DNA of 64,000 nt. Origin: Desulfarculia bacterium. GTDB taxonomy: Bacteria; Desulfobacterota; Desulfarculia; Adiutricales; JAGVGV01. Position numbers and translations under genes: made by a program. Below the pieces are notes generated by a model. That model was not told where the DNA came from and did not search any database. It worked only from the letters and a program-made list of their open reading frames with translations. Location of the stretch: assembly GCA_963662445.1 (NCBI GenBank), contig OY759590.1, positions 2,560,249 to 2,624,248 on the forward strand. Reading direction: 5' to 3'. Positions 34,956 through 44,490 of this stretch are shown in pieces. The stretch's first letter is position 1. Each line of letters starts with the position of its first letter.

Positions 34956-36296
34956 TCAGCCTAAACCATACTTTTTTATCTTCCGGGCCAAGGTGCCCCG
35001 GTTAATGCCCAACCGCTCCGCCGCCCGGGAAACGATCCCGCCGCATTCCTCCAGGGTTCTTCTGATGTGGTCTATCTCGACATCCTCCAATGATGCACCA
35101 AGCAAGGGTTCTTTCTTTTCTTTCGATAAAAAGGTTAAATCCTTCACGTCGATCATGCCGCCACGATTAAGCACTACCGCACGTTCCATCACGTTGCGCA
35201 ACTCCCGCACATTGCCTGGCCAGTCATAGGCTTTCAGGAGTTCATAAGCCGCTCTGGTCAGGCCGTCGACAGGCTTGCTCATCTCCTGGGAGAATCTCAA
35301 GACGAAGTGATTGGCCAGCAGGGCCGCGTCATCAACTCTTTCTCTCAAGGGCGGTATGTGGATGGAGATAACCTTGATCCGGTAGTAGAAATCGCTCCTG
35401 AGCAAGCCCTGAGAGAGCAGAGACTCCATGTTCCGGTGGGTAGCGCATATCAGCCGGAAATCCGTTTCCACCTCGCGGCTCCCGCCCAGCCTTATAAGTC
35501 TCTTTTCTTCCAGGACTCTCAAAAGGTTAACCTGCACATGAGTAGACACCTCGCCTACCTCGTCCAGAAACAATGTACCTTGGTCGGCCATTTCCAACCG
35601 CCCGAGGCGTGTCTTCACCGCGCCGGTAAAAGCCCCCCTTTCGTGGCCGAAAAGCTCGCTCTCCAACAGGTGTTCCGGCAAGGCGCCGCAGTTTATGGCT
35701 ATGAACGGCCCCTGTTTCCTCAGGCTCCGCGAGTGGATGGCCCTGGCCACCAACTCCTTGCCAGTGCCGGTCTCGCCGGTGATGAGAACCGGCGCTTCCG
35801 TCTTCGCCACCTCCTCAATCATGGCAAAGACTTCCTTCATGGCCCCGGAACCGCCGATCAAGTCCTCAAATGCCGAAGATTCCAGTTCGGTCAACCGGGC
35901 CCGGACGCTCATATATTCGTCCATCACCTCTTTCTGGGCTGCCATCTTCTGGATCAGCAGCATAAGATGTTCGGGATCGAAAGGCTTGAGCAGATAGTCG
36001 TTGGCTCCTTCCTTCATGGCCTCGACGGCCGATTCGATACTGCCGTAGGCCGTTATCATGACCACCATGACGGATGGATAGTCCTGTCTTATACGGCGAA
36101 GGAGTTCGAGTCCGTCCATACCCGGCATCTTGATATCCACAAGGAGCAAGTCGTGTTCCCGGCCTGACAGCAGGTTCAGAGCCTCTTCCCCGCCGGCCGC
36201 TTTAGTCACCTCATTGCCGCCCTTCTCCAGCCAGGCGGCCAGGGACTCCCTCATGGCTTCCTCATCGTCAACGATCATGATCCTCAAGTTGTTCAT
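34956..36296 (-). CDS. sigma-54-dependent response regulator (NtrC family)
   Basis: REC domain (IVDDEE..LLLVDIKMPGMDG), AAA+ domain with GETGTGKE and GAFTGA, and a C-terminal Fis-type HTH. Confidence 0.93.
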   Translation of the reverse strand: MNNLRIMIVDDEEAMRESLAAWLEKGGNEVTKAAGGEEALNLLSGREHDLLLVDIKMPGMDGLELLRRIRQDYPSVMVVMITAYGSIESAVEAMKEGANDYLLKPFDPEHLMLLIQKMAAQKEVMDEYMSVRARLTELESSAFEDLIGGSGAMKEVFAMIEEVAKTEAPVLITGETGTGKELVARAIHSRSLRKQGPFIAINCGALPEHLLESELFGHERGAFTGAVKTRLGRLEMADQGTLFLDEVGEVSTHVQVNLLRVLEEKRLIRLGGSREVETDFRLICATHRNMESLLSQGLLRSDFYYRIKVISIHIPPLRERVDDAALLANHFVLRFSQEMSKPVDGLTRAAYELLKAYDWPGNVRELRNVMERAVVLNRGGMIDVKDLTFLSKEKKEPLLGASLEDVEIDHIRRTLEECGGIVSRAAERLGINRGTLARKIKKYGLG

Positions 36297-37861
36297 AATC
36301 CTCCAAACTTGGCAGCCTCAGTCTGGACCATGGGCAGGGCGATTCTGAATGATGCCCCTTTCCCTTCCTCGCTTTTTACCGATATGTCGCCTCGATGTTC
36401 ACGGATTATGCCATAGACCATGGACAATCCAAGCCCGACCCCGTGCCCGGCCTCCTTGGTGGTAAAAAAAGGCTCAAATATGCATTCCATGGTCTCCGGG
36501 CTCATGCCCACTCCTGTATCTGATATTTCCGCCCAGACCAATCCTTCTCCGGCGTCCACCCCGCCCCGGATCGACAGCAAGCCTCCCTGGGGCATGGCTT
36601 CCATGGCGTTAAAAATCAGGTTAATCAGACACTGTTGAATCTGCGTGAAATCGCCGAGAACTTCCAGGGGCTTCTTTTCCCATTTCCAGTCCAGACTGAT
36701 ATTGGATAATTCCATTTTGTGCCGGGTCAGGCCGATTATCTGGTCGATTATCTCGCAAAGATCCAGAACCTTCGGTTCCACGGCTTTCTGCCGTGCGAAC
36801 GATAGAAGATTACTGACGATATTGCCGCACCGCTGGGCTTCCCGAAGAGTCAATTCCAGATATTTGTCATAATTTTCCAGGGCCTTCGGATTTGTTTCGC
36901 CTTCCGCAAGGGACTTCTTGATCAGCTTCGCAAAATTGATGATCGAGCAGATTGGATTATTGATTTCATGAGCGACCGAAGCCACCATCTTTCCCAGGGC
37001 CACCAGCTTGTCTTCCTGGACCAGGAGAGCGATGTCCTTCTTCAGATCCCTGGTGCGGCGTTCGAACTTTTCGTTGAGATCCTCGGTGATGTCTCTTATA
37101 ACCTCGACAACTTCCACGACGTTCCCTTCGCTGTTGAAGAGCGGGTAGGTGGAAACGTCACAGTAAGTTGTCCGGCCGCTTTTGTGCTTGTGCTCATGAA
37201 TGGCCTGGGCGGCCAGTCCGCTGGAAAGGGTTTCCTTCATGGGGCAGGGATTGTCCGGCTGGGAACATGGACTTATCTGTTGGTGGGTGACCTGGAAGCA
37301 GTATTGGCCCATGGCCTCTTCACGGGTCAATCCCGAAGCCTTGAGTTCCGCATCATTTATCCAGACTATCCGGTAGCTCGTATCCAGCACCATGACGCCA
37401 ACGATGGTAGCCTTGGACATGGCCCGGGCAAAAGATTGAGCACGCGTGATCTCGTCTGCCTGGGCGTCGATTCTTCTGCTGGCTCCCAGGATGCTCTGAA
37501 TTATCTCATGGAAAAGACGGGAAGCGGGATAAGGCAGCACAGTGACGTGCTCGGGAGCCTTGCTCTCAAGCTCCCAACCCAAGTCCTGACTGCCCGTCAG
37601 ATTGATGAGCAGTTCCAGATCGGGTAGTTTTAGAAGGTTCCGGAAGTCATCGGAAGTGAATATGCCTGAATCTCTGGCGTAGACCAAGCCTGCCGCTTCG
37701 GGGTTGATATCGGCTACGCCGAGAATCCTGATTTTCACGCCATTCTGAGCACAGAATTCCAGCGTCTGCAACAAGGACAGGCAACGCTGGCCGCCTCCCA
37801 CGACAGCCAGATTCATTTCACTCGGGGTTTTCCTTTGAGATGAACCTTTTGGTTTCGTCAT
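36293..37861 (-). CDS. cytoplasmic sensor histidine kinase (Rossmann-like N-domain, PAS, HisKA, HATPase)
   Basis: The H-box reads VASVAHEINNP. N, G1 and G2 boxes are present (NLIFNAMEAM, DTGVGM, GHGVGLGL). The PAS-like segment contains CFQVTHQQISPCSQPDNPCP. No TM segments. ATGA overlap with the regulator gene. Confidence 0.88.
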   Translation of the reverse strand: MTKPKGSSQRKTPSEMNLAVVGGGQRCLSLLQTLEFCAQNGVKIRILGVADINPEAAGLVYARDSGIFTSDDFRNLLKLPDLELLINLTGSQDLGWELESKAPEHVTVLPYPASRLFHEIIQSILGASRRIDAQADEITRAQSFARAMSKATIVGVMVLDTSYRIVWINDAELKASGLTREEAMGQYCFQVTHQQISPCSQPDNPCPMKETLSSGLAAQAIHEHKHKSGRTTYCDVSTYPLFNSEGNVVEVVEVIRDITEDLNEKFERRTRDLKKDIALLVQEDKLVALGKMVASVAHEINNPICSIINFAKLIKKSLAEGETNPKALENYDKYLELTLREAQRCGNIVSNLLSFARQKAVEPKVLDLCEIIDQIIGLTRHKMELSNISLDWKWEKKPLEVLGDFTQIQQCLINLIFNAMEAMPQGGLLSIRGGVDAGEGLVWAEISDTGVGMSPETMECIFEPFFTTKEAGHGVGLGLSMVYGIIREHRGDISVKSEEGKGASFRIALPMVQTEAAKFGGL

Positions 37862-38208
37862 GCCGTCCCCTCTGACGGTCTGTTGTTGACTTAACTTATT
37901 TTACCATTAATAGCGCCGCCTTTCCATATCGGATAGCCCCTCGCAACTAGAAAACGCGGGCCTTCGCGGAGTTCTCTAACTGGCTTCCACCTCTCTGGTT
38001 GGGTAATCTGTTCGTGAGCCAACAAGGTTTCCCACAGTTAGGCGGCTATGGGAAAGCAAGCAGGCTGTGGCCCCCGGGGCTTTGACCTGCCTGCGAGGCT
38101 CCCGCTCAGACACTGTCGCGGGTGAGCTTGGGGCATCCTCGTTCAATCGTCTTTTTCCAGTAAAAATAGCCAGCGAACGCCCTTCAATGAGCTCCTGAAA
38201 TAAGTTTT

Positions 38209-38285
38209 GCTTGACACAAGGAGTTGTTTGTGATGAATTCAATGGTAATTCAATCTGCTTCATGTACGCTTTTATCGTGAATTTG
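38209..38285 (+). promoter_or_regulatory. conserved promoter/operator-like element, copy A (upstream of the hut operon)
   Basis: TTGACA (38211-38216), a 17-nt spacer, then TGaTGAATT (extended -10-like, 38231-38239). This is followed by TTCAAT..TAATTCAAT and GTGAATTT boxes. About 70% ungapped identity over ~76 nt with 52876-52952 (counted by eye). Confidence 0.5.
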
Positions 38286-38648
38286 CATATTGAGCTTCCA
38301 GAGAAAGCTGTTCGCGGGTTCTCTGTCAAAACGGTTCAAAGCGACTCAACACGGTGCGATTGACTATGATTTCTCGTCTGAACAAAAAAAACTGTGTTTC
38401 CGCCGCCGGTTTTCGGCCTAAACCGCTGTCCGTGAATCTCGGGAGTATCGCCGATACAGGATGTCATCCCGAAAATCGCCGGACGTGCCCGGTTTGGCAT
38501 ATCAATTGGCATTATCGGAGATGGTCGGCCGCGAGTCTTCACTCGCCGATTTCGGCCGAATGAGGAAGCCTGCGTCTTGTGCTTTTAGGTAAACGATCAG
38601 AATCAAGGCAAGACCGTCTGTTCTTTCAGTTAACTTGAGGATAAGAAA

Positions 38649-40304
38649 ATGACTCGTCAGATAAAGGCCATGCGTGGTCCTGAGTTGCGCTGCAAGGGGT
38701 GGCGTCAGGAGACTCTCCTGAGAATGCTGGAGAACGTGCTGGAAGTAGGGGAGAGGCCCGAGGATCTGGTCATCTACATGTCCAGCGCCAGAGCTGCCCG
38801 CAACTGGGAATGTTTCGACGAAATTGTCCGCGTTCTCAAGACCATGAATGAGGACGAAACCCTTTTGATTCAGTCCGGCAAGCCGGTGGGGCTTTTTCAG
38901 ACTCATGCCGACGCGCCTCTGGTGATTATGGCCAATGCCAACCTGGTCGGCCAGTACTCCCGTCCCGAAGTCTTTTATGAACTCGAAGCCAAGGGCTTGA
39001 CCATGCCCGCCGGTTTCACGGCCGGCGGTTGGCAATACATAGGCACTCAAGGCATTGTCCAGGGGACCTATATGACTTTTTATGCTGTCGCCAGGCAGTA
39101 CTTCGGCGGCAGCCTGGCCGGAAAATTCGTGGTTACGGGCGGATGCGGCGGCATGGGCGGGGCTCAGCCTCTGGCGGTGACCATGAACGGCGGCGTGGCT
39201 CTGGTTGTGGATGTGAACCCGGCCAAGATACAGCGCCGGGTGGATAACGGATATTGCGACCGTATTGTCTACGACCTTGACGAAGCCCTGCTGCTTTGCC
39301 GCACGGCCTTGGCCGATAAAAGGCCTTTCTCGGTAGGGCTGGTGGGCAATACCGCTGAAGTTCTGCCTGAACTGCTGCGCCGGGGAATAATACCTGATGT
39401 CGTGACCGATCAGACCGCCGCCAGCGATCCCCTGGCGGGCGGATACGTGCCTGCCGGTTTCGATGTCAAACCGGCCGCCGAATTAGCCCGCACCAAGCCG
39501 GAAGAATATTTGAAGGAAGCCTTCAAATCCATGGGCATCCATATGAAAGCCATCCTGGAGTTCCAGAAGAGAGGCGCCGTGGCTTTCGAATACGGCAACC
39601 TGCTCAGGGAAAAAGCCCGGGACCACGGCGGAGTGGCCGATGCATTCGATGTCCCCGGTTTCATGGAGAAATTTATCAGGCCTTTCTTCTGCCAGGGCTG
39701 CGGCCCCTTCCGCTGGATAGCCGTTTCCGGTGATCCCGAGGACATAGATGTGATAGACGAATTGCTGATCCGGGAATTTCCCGATGAGCCGCACATTTCG
39801 GGCTGGCTCAAACTGGCGGCCGGGCATGTCCCCTTTGAGGGCCTTCCCGCCCGTATCTGCTGGGCCTCTCATGGGCAGAGAAGCAGAATAGGGGTCATGG
39901 TCAACAACCTGGTTATGGAAGGCAAGATCAAGGGGCCGGTGGCTTTTACAAGGGATCATCTGGATGCGGCTTCGGTGGCCATGCCTCACCGCGAAACGGA
40001 AAATATGCTTGACGGCAGCGACGCCATTGCCGATTGGCCGTTGCTGAACGCATTGCTCAATGTCACTTGCCGCGCCGACTTGGTCACCATCCATTCGGCG
40101 GCCGGGGGCAGCACCGGGGTGAGCACCAGTTGCGGGACAACCCTGATTGCCGATGGCACACGGCTGGCCGCGACCAGAATCCAGAAGACTCTGGACGCTG
40201 AAACAGGACTGGGAGTCCTTCGATATGCGGATGCGGGGTATGATACCGCCCGGGAATGCGCCCGCACTAACCATATTGGCAAGGTGTCTTTCCTGAGGAC
40301 TTAG
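38649..40304 (+). CDS. hutU: urocanate hydratase
   Basis: 551 aa, colinear with urocanases (GWRQE..LRML.N, GGWQYIGTQGIVQGTY, GGMGGAQPLA). Confidence 0.95.
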   Translation: MTRQIKAMRGPELRCKGWRQETLLRMLENVLEVGERPEDLVIYMSSARAARNWECFDEIVRVLKTMNEDETLLIQSGKPVGLFQTHADAPLVIMANANLVGQYSRPEVFYELEAKGLTMPAGFTAGGWQYIGTQGIVQGTYMTFYAVARQYFGGSLAGKFVVTGGCGGMGGAQPLAVTMNGGVALVVDVNPAKIQRRVDNGYCDRIVYDLDEALLLCRTALADKRPFSVGLVGNTAEVLPELLRRGIIPDVVTDQTAASDPLAGGYVPAGFDVKPAAELARTKPEEYLKEAFKSMGIHMKAILEFQKRGAVAFEYGNLLREKARDHGGVADAFDVPGFMEKFIRPFFCQGCGPFRWIAVSGDPEDIDVIDELLIREFPDEPHISGWLKLAAGHVPFEGLPARICWASHGQRSRIGVMVNNLVMEGKIKGPVAFTRDHLDAASVAMPHRETENMLDGSDAIADWPLLNALLNVTCRADLVTIHSAAGGSTGVSTSCGTTLIADGTRLAATRIQKTLDAETGLGVLRYADAGYDTARECARTNHIGKVSFLRT

Positions 40305-40398
40305 ACCGGCTTTTAATTTGAATGGCCCGAAGTTCCAAGGAAGCGAATAGTGAAGTGCTCAACAAACTAATGAGAACTTTTATGCAAAGGGGGAACTG

Positions 40399-41427
40399 AT
40401 GAAGACCATCAATTTTTGCAGAATCGGAATGGTAGCGCTTTTGACTCTGGCCCTGCTCTTGCCGATTGGACTGACCCCGGCGAAAGCCGTGGCCGAGGAC
40501 AAAACCCTCACGATCATGTTATGGGGCGCGACATGGAATGTGGGCGTAAAGGATGTAGCCAAGAAGTTCGAAGAAAAATACGGCGTCCCGGTCAAGGCCG
40601 TCATGCAGTCAGGGTCCTCCGAGGGGCTGGCCAAGATGATGGCCTCCCAGGGCAAGCCGGGCGTTGACGTTTGGTTCTGCGATGCGGCCATGCCCAGCAC
40701 CGCGCCTCCGGGCCTGATCGCCGACATCGACCCGGCCAAGATTACCAACAGTCCCGATCTGGTTCAAGGCGCTCTCACCAAAAAATACGTAGCCCAACTC
40801 TATTACCCGCAAGGCATCATCTACCGCAAAGACATCTGTCCCATGGAAATTAAAACCTGGGAAGACCTGTGGAAGCCGGAATTCAAAAAACAGCTGGCCG
40901 TCCCGCCGCCGGCCTTCGACCAGGGGACCTTCCTTGTTGTTGCTGCCAAACTCAACGGCGGCAGCGAAACAGACATCCAGCCCGGTTTCGAAAAGATCAA
41001 ACAGCTCATGCCCAACGTGGTCACTTTCTACGACAATGATTCAACTTCCCGCAAGCTGCTGGCCCAGGGCGAAGTGTCGGTTCTCATCGGCAATACCGGC
41101 AGCCTGGATTATCTCACTGAAGCGGGCATTCCTGCGGAAGTCGTCAATCCCAAGCCGACCCCGGTCTCCTTTGACGTCATGACCGTGGTCAACAACGGCA
41201 ATGAGGATCTGGCCCACAAGTTCATAGACATGATGGTTTCCAAGTGGGCTCAGGAAATCTCCGTGCTGCCGCACAAGTGCGCTCCGGTAAACAGCAAGGT
41301 GGACGCCACGGAAATCTTCGCGGGCGACTTTCCCAAGCCCGAAGACTCTCTGATTATCGACCACGCCGCTGTCAAGGACAACCTGGATAAGTGGATAGAG
41401 CAGTGGGACAAGGAATTCGTCAAGTAG
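40399..41427 (+). CDS. ABC transporter periplasmic substrate-binding protein (family 1, PotD-like)
   Basis: Signal peptide (MKTINFCRIGMVALLTLALLLPIGLTPAKA) and a 342-aa PotD/PotF-like sequence. Confidence 0.8.
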   Translation: MKTINFCRIGMVALLTLALLLPIGLTPAKAVAEDKTLTIMLWGATWNVGVKDVAKKFEEKYGVPVKAVMQSGSSEGLAKMMASQGKPGVDVWFCDAAMPSTAPPGLIADIDPAKITNSPDLVQGALTKKYVAQLYYPQGIIYRKDICPMEIKTWEDLWKPEFKKQLAVPPPAFDQGTFLVVAAKLNGGSETDIQPGFEKIKQLMPNVVTFYDNDSTSRKLLAQGEVSVLIGNTGSLDYLTEAGIPAEVVNPKPTPVSFDVMTVVNNGNEDLAHKFIDMMVSKWAQEISVLPHKCAPVNSKVDATEIFAGDFPKPEDSLIIDHAAVKDNLDKWIEQWDKEFVK

Positions 41428-41601
41428 GCGCGTAAGTTGACAATAGGCTCCCCAGACGTGATGACGGGAATCATCCCGTCATCACGGGACAACCGGGCAG
41501 GCGGAACAGAATGCCGCCGGTTCCTGATTCTATCGGCGCCCGCATGTCCGCCCGGCGGGCGCGGTTCCAAGGCAAATACTCCAGGGAAGTAATTGATACC
41601 T

Positions 41602-42720
41602 ATGCAGCAAACATCCCAAACCGATTATGTGGAATTCAGTGATATCTGCAAGGTTTATGGACGCAAGAAAGTACTTTCCGGCGTCTCTTTAACCATTAGA
41701 GAAGGTGAATTGCTCTCTCTGCTGGGGCCGAGCGGATGCGGCAAGACCACGCTTTTGAGAATTCTGGCCGGGTTTGTCACCCCCTCACGGGGCGAAGTCA
41801 GGGTTGGCGGCAAGCTCCTCAACCCCATACCCCCAAACAAGCGTAATGTCGGCATGGTTTTTCAACATTACTGCCTTTTTCCTCACATGACCGTGTACGA
41901 CAACGTTACGTTTGGTCTCAAGATGCGCGGCATGGATCGGAAAAAGATGGATAAAAGGGCTATGGAGTGCCTGGATCTGGTCCATCTGGCCGACCTGAAG
42001 AATCACTATCCCGGTCAATTGAGCGGCGGAATGAAGCAGAGAATCGCGCTGGCCCGCGTTCTCGCCTTCCAGCCAAGTGTTCTTCTCCTGGATGAACCTT
42101 TTGCCGCTCTGGACCGCAATCTTAAGGACGAAATGCAGTTCGAGGTCCGTAAGCTCCAGCAACTGCTAAAGATAACCACTTTGTTCGTGACCCACGACCA
42201 GAAGGAAGCCATGACCATCTCCGACCGCATTGCGGTCATGAATTACGGGCTTATAGAACACGAAGGCAAGCCTCTGGAAATATACGACCATCCACGGACC
42301 AAGTTCGTGGCCGAGTTTCTGGGCGTGCCTCACTTCTTCAGCGCGAAAGTTATAAGCACGAACGGCCGGGAAGCCACCGTGGAGCTGCTGAACGGAAAAA
42401 AGCTGACTGTGCCGGTCACACAAAAGCCTGCTTCGCCGGATGTCTCAATCGCCGTCAGGGCCGAGCGCATTCAGGTCGCCCCCAGGAACAGCAACGGCAG
42501 CGTCCAGAGGAGTCAAAACACGGACGATAGCCTGCATCTCTCAGGCGTTGTAACCTTCACGACAAATGCCGGCTACATCATAACCTACGAAATCCAGATC
42601 CCGGACGGGCCTAAGCTGATTGTCGAGGCTCCGCGACAGGAAAGGTGCGCCGGTTTCGAGCCCGATGACGAGGTGGAAATCACTATCATGGGGCAAAACT
42701 GCACCTTGATCGAAAGGTAA
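41602..42720 (+). CDS. ABC transporter ATP-binding protein (PotA-like, with C-terminal TOBE-like domain)
   Basis: Walker A GPSGCGKTT, signature LSGGMKQR, Walker B LLLDEP. ATG 41602 is preferred over TTG 41593. Confidence 0.9.
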   Translation: MQQTSQTDYVEFSDICKVYGRKKVLSGVSLTIREGELLSLLGPSGCGKTTLLRILAGFVTPSRGEVRVGGKLLNPIPPNKRNVGMVFQHYCLFPHMTVYDNVTFGLKMRGMDRKKMDKRAMECLDLVHLADLKNHYPGQLSGGMKQRIALARVLAFQPSVLLLDEPFAALDRNLKDEMQFEVRKLQQLLKITTLFVTHDQKEAMTISDRIAVMNYGLIEHEGKPLEIYDHPRTKFVAEFLGVPHFFSAKVISTNGREATVELLNGKKLTVPVTQKPASPDVSIAVRAERIQVAPRNSNGSVQRSQNTDDSLHLSGVVTFTTNAGYIITYEIQIPDGPKLIVEAPRQERCAGFEPDDEVEITIMGQNCTLIER

Positions 42721-42727
42721 GCTGACC

Positions 42728-43660
42728 GTGGCAGATGCTTCATTGACGTACGACGGCTCCATGGAAACGATTCTGGGGCAAGACAGAGACTACCAGACAC
42801 TGACCGGGAGAACCCTCTGCTTCCTGCTGGTGCCTACCCTGGTCCTGCTGCTGATTTTCTTCGTCTCCTACCTGTCATTCATCATTGAGAGTTTTCATGA
42901 ACTCGTGCCCGGCCTGGCCATGGTCGGAGACGAATGGACCCTGAACAGCTACCGGCGGTTCTTCGGCGACCCCTTGTATCCGTCCTTTTTGTGGGAATCT
43001 ATATGGCGGTCGGCCGAGATGACGGCCATCACCCTGGTGATTGCCTATCCCCTGGCTTATTTCACCGTGCGAACCAGATCGAATATGGCCAGGTACATCA
43101 TCATGATCGTCATGCTGGTTCCCCTGCTGGCCGGCGGCATCACCATCGCTTATGCCTGGATAATCATGCTGGGTAATGTGGGTCTGGTGAATTCAATCCT
43201 GAAGGGTATAGGCATCATCGACCATCCGATCAAGTTCCTGTACTCATGGCGGGGCGTGGTCATAAGCGTTGTTCATTACCTGGTGCCTTTTGCGGCCCTG
43301 GTCCTACTTGGGCCTATTCAGAACATTCCCCGTTCACTGGAAGAAGCCGCCGTGAACCTGGGCGCGACCAAGCTCAGGGTTTTCGTGAAAGTCATTTTCC
43401 CGCTTACCATATCGGGCGTGATCGAGACGGTCTCCCTGACTTTCGCCTTGGCTTTGAGTTCCTTTCTTTTCCCGCTGCTTCTGGGCGGAGGCCGGGTGAA
43501 GATGATGTCCAACATCATCTATGAAAGGATAGCCATTTCCTACGACCTGCCTTTTGCCGCCGTACTGGCCATCATGTTGCTGTTTGTTTCCCTGGCCACG
43601 GTCCTTGGCCTGGCCCGGTTGCAGAAATTCTACAAACAAAAGTATGAGCAGGGGCTGTGA
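42728..43660 (+). CDS. ABC transporter permease (PotB-like)
   Basis: Six hydrophobic segments and an EAA-like loop (SLEEAAVNLGATKLRVF). Confidence 0.85.
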   Translation: MADASLTYDGSMETILGQDRDYQTLTGRTLCFLLVPTLVLLLIFFVSYLSFIIESFHELVPGLAMVGDEWTLNSYRRFFGDPLYPSFLWESIWRSAEMTAITLVIAYPLAYFTVRTRSNMARYIIMIVMLVPLLAGGITIAYAWIIMLGNVGLVNSILKGIGIIDHPIKFLYSWRGVVISVVHYLVPFAALVLLGPIQNIPRSLEEAAVNLGATKLRVFVKVIFPLTISGVIETVSLTFALALSSFLFPLLLGGGRVKMMSNIIYERIAISYDLPFAAVLAIMLLFVSLATVLGLARLQKFYKQKYEQGL

Positions 43661-44481
43661 GAATGGCATTTATCAAGCGGCGTAACGACTTCAGCATGAT
43701 CGGCCCGGGCCTGAGCATCACCGTGGCGGCAATTGTCATCTTTATTGCCATGCCGGTGGTTTTCACCATAGCCTATTCATTCAACCCGAGTCCCTATTTC
43801 GGATTTTCCGTCACCCGTCTTTCCCTGAGGTGGTATTTCAACCTGTTTTCACTCGACTACTTCAGGCACGCTTTTCTCGTAAGCCTCGGTCTGGCGGCCT
43901 GCGTGATGCCTCTGGCCACCTTGTTCGGCATGGGAGCAGCCTATGCCCTGGTCAGGGGAGAATTCAAGGGCAAGGAATTGCTGAATTCGCTGGTGCTGTC
44001 GCCGATTGTGGTTCCGGGCATCATCACCGGTATGGCCCTGCTGACTTTTTACAGCATCGTCTGTCTGAACTGGAGCTTCGGCAAGCTGGTTCTGGCCATG
44101 ACCATCTGTACCGTGGCCTATCCCATCAGAACCATAACGGCAAATCTTCACGGACTCACTTCCCACATAGAGGAAGCCGCCATCAATATGGGCGCCAGCC
44201 GCTGGACCACCTTCTGGCGGATCGTCTTTCCTCAGATTGGGCCGGGAATCCTCAGCGGATGCATCTTCATATTCACCATGGTGCTCGAAGACGTATCCAT
44301 TGTCATCTTCCTGGTGGACATGCACACCAATACCCTGGCCATAGAAGCCATGAACTACATGCGGACCATGGATGATCCGACCATAGCGGCCATGTCCACC
44401 ATGCTGATCGTCATGACTCTGCTGCTGGCCCTGGTCATCGAAAAATTCATCGGTATCGGCAAGTTTATGAGCCTGGATTAG
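43657..44481 (+). CDS. ABC transporter permease (PotC-like)
   Basis: EAA-like loop (HIEEAAINMGASRWTTFW). Overlaps the upstream stop by 4 nt. Confidence 0.85.
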   Translation: MRMAFIKRRNDFSMIGPGLSITVAAIVIFIAMPVVFTIAYSFNPSPYFGFSVTRLSLRWYFNLFSLDYFRHAFLVSLGLAACVMPLATLFGMGAAYALVRGEFKGKELLNSLVLSPIVVPGIITGMALLTFYSIVCLNWSFGKLVLAMTICTVAYPIRTITANLHGLTSHIEEAAINMGASRWTTFWRIVFPQIGPGILSGCIFIFTMVLEDVSIVIFLVDMHTNTLAIEAMNYMRTMDDPTIAAMSTMLIVMTLLLALVIEKFIGIGKFMSLD

Positions 44482-44490
44482 AAGTCAGAT

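Noticed and set aside
37976-38329. Minus-strand ORFs 37976-38329 and 52649-52975, which encode visibly similar peptides (KFTIKAYMKQIELPLNS versus KFTIKAFRSQVELRLNS).
   Set aside because: The similarity is explained by the shared non-coding promoter/operator element on the plus strand. There is no RBS, the similarity is confined to the element, and both lie in divergent or leader regions.
38495-38512. Sigma-54-like sequence TGGCATATCAATTGGCAT about 150 nt upstream of hutU, next to a divergent sigma-54 two-component system.
   Set aside because: The GG-to-GC spacing is 11 rather than 10, and the -12 region reads TTGGCA instead of TTGC. It is too weak to call and is only worth testing if transcript mapping points there.
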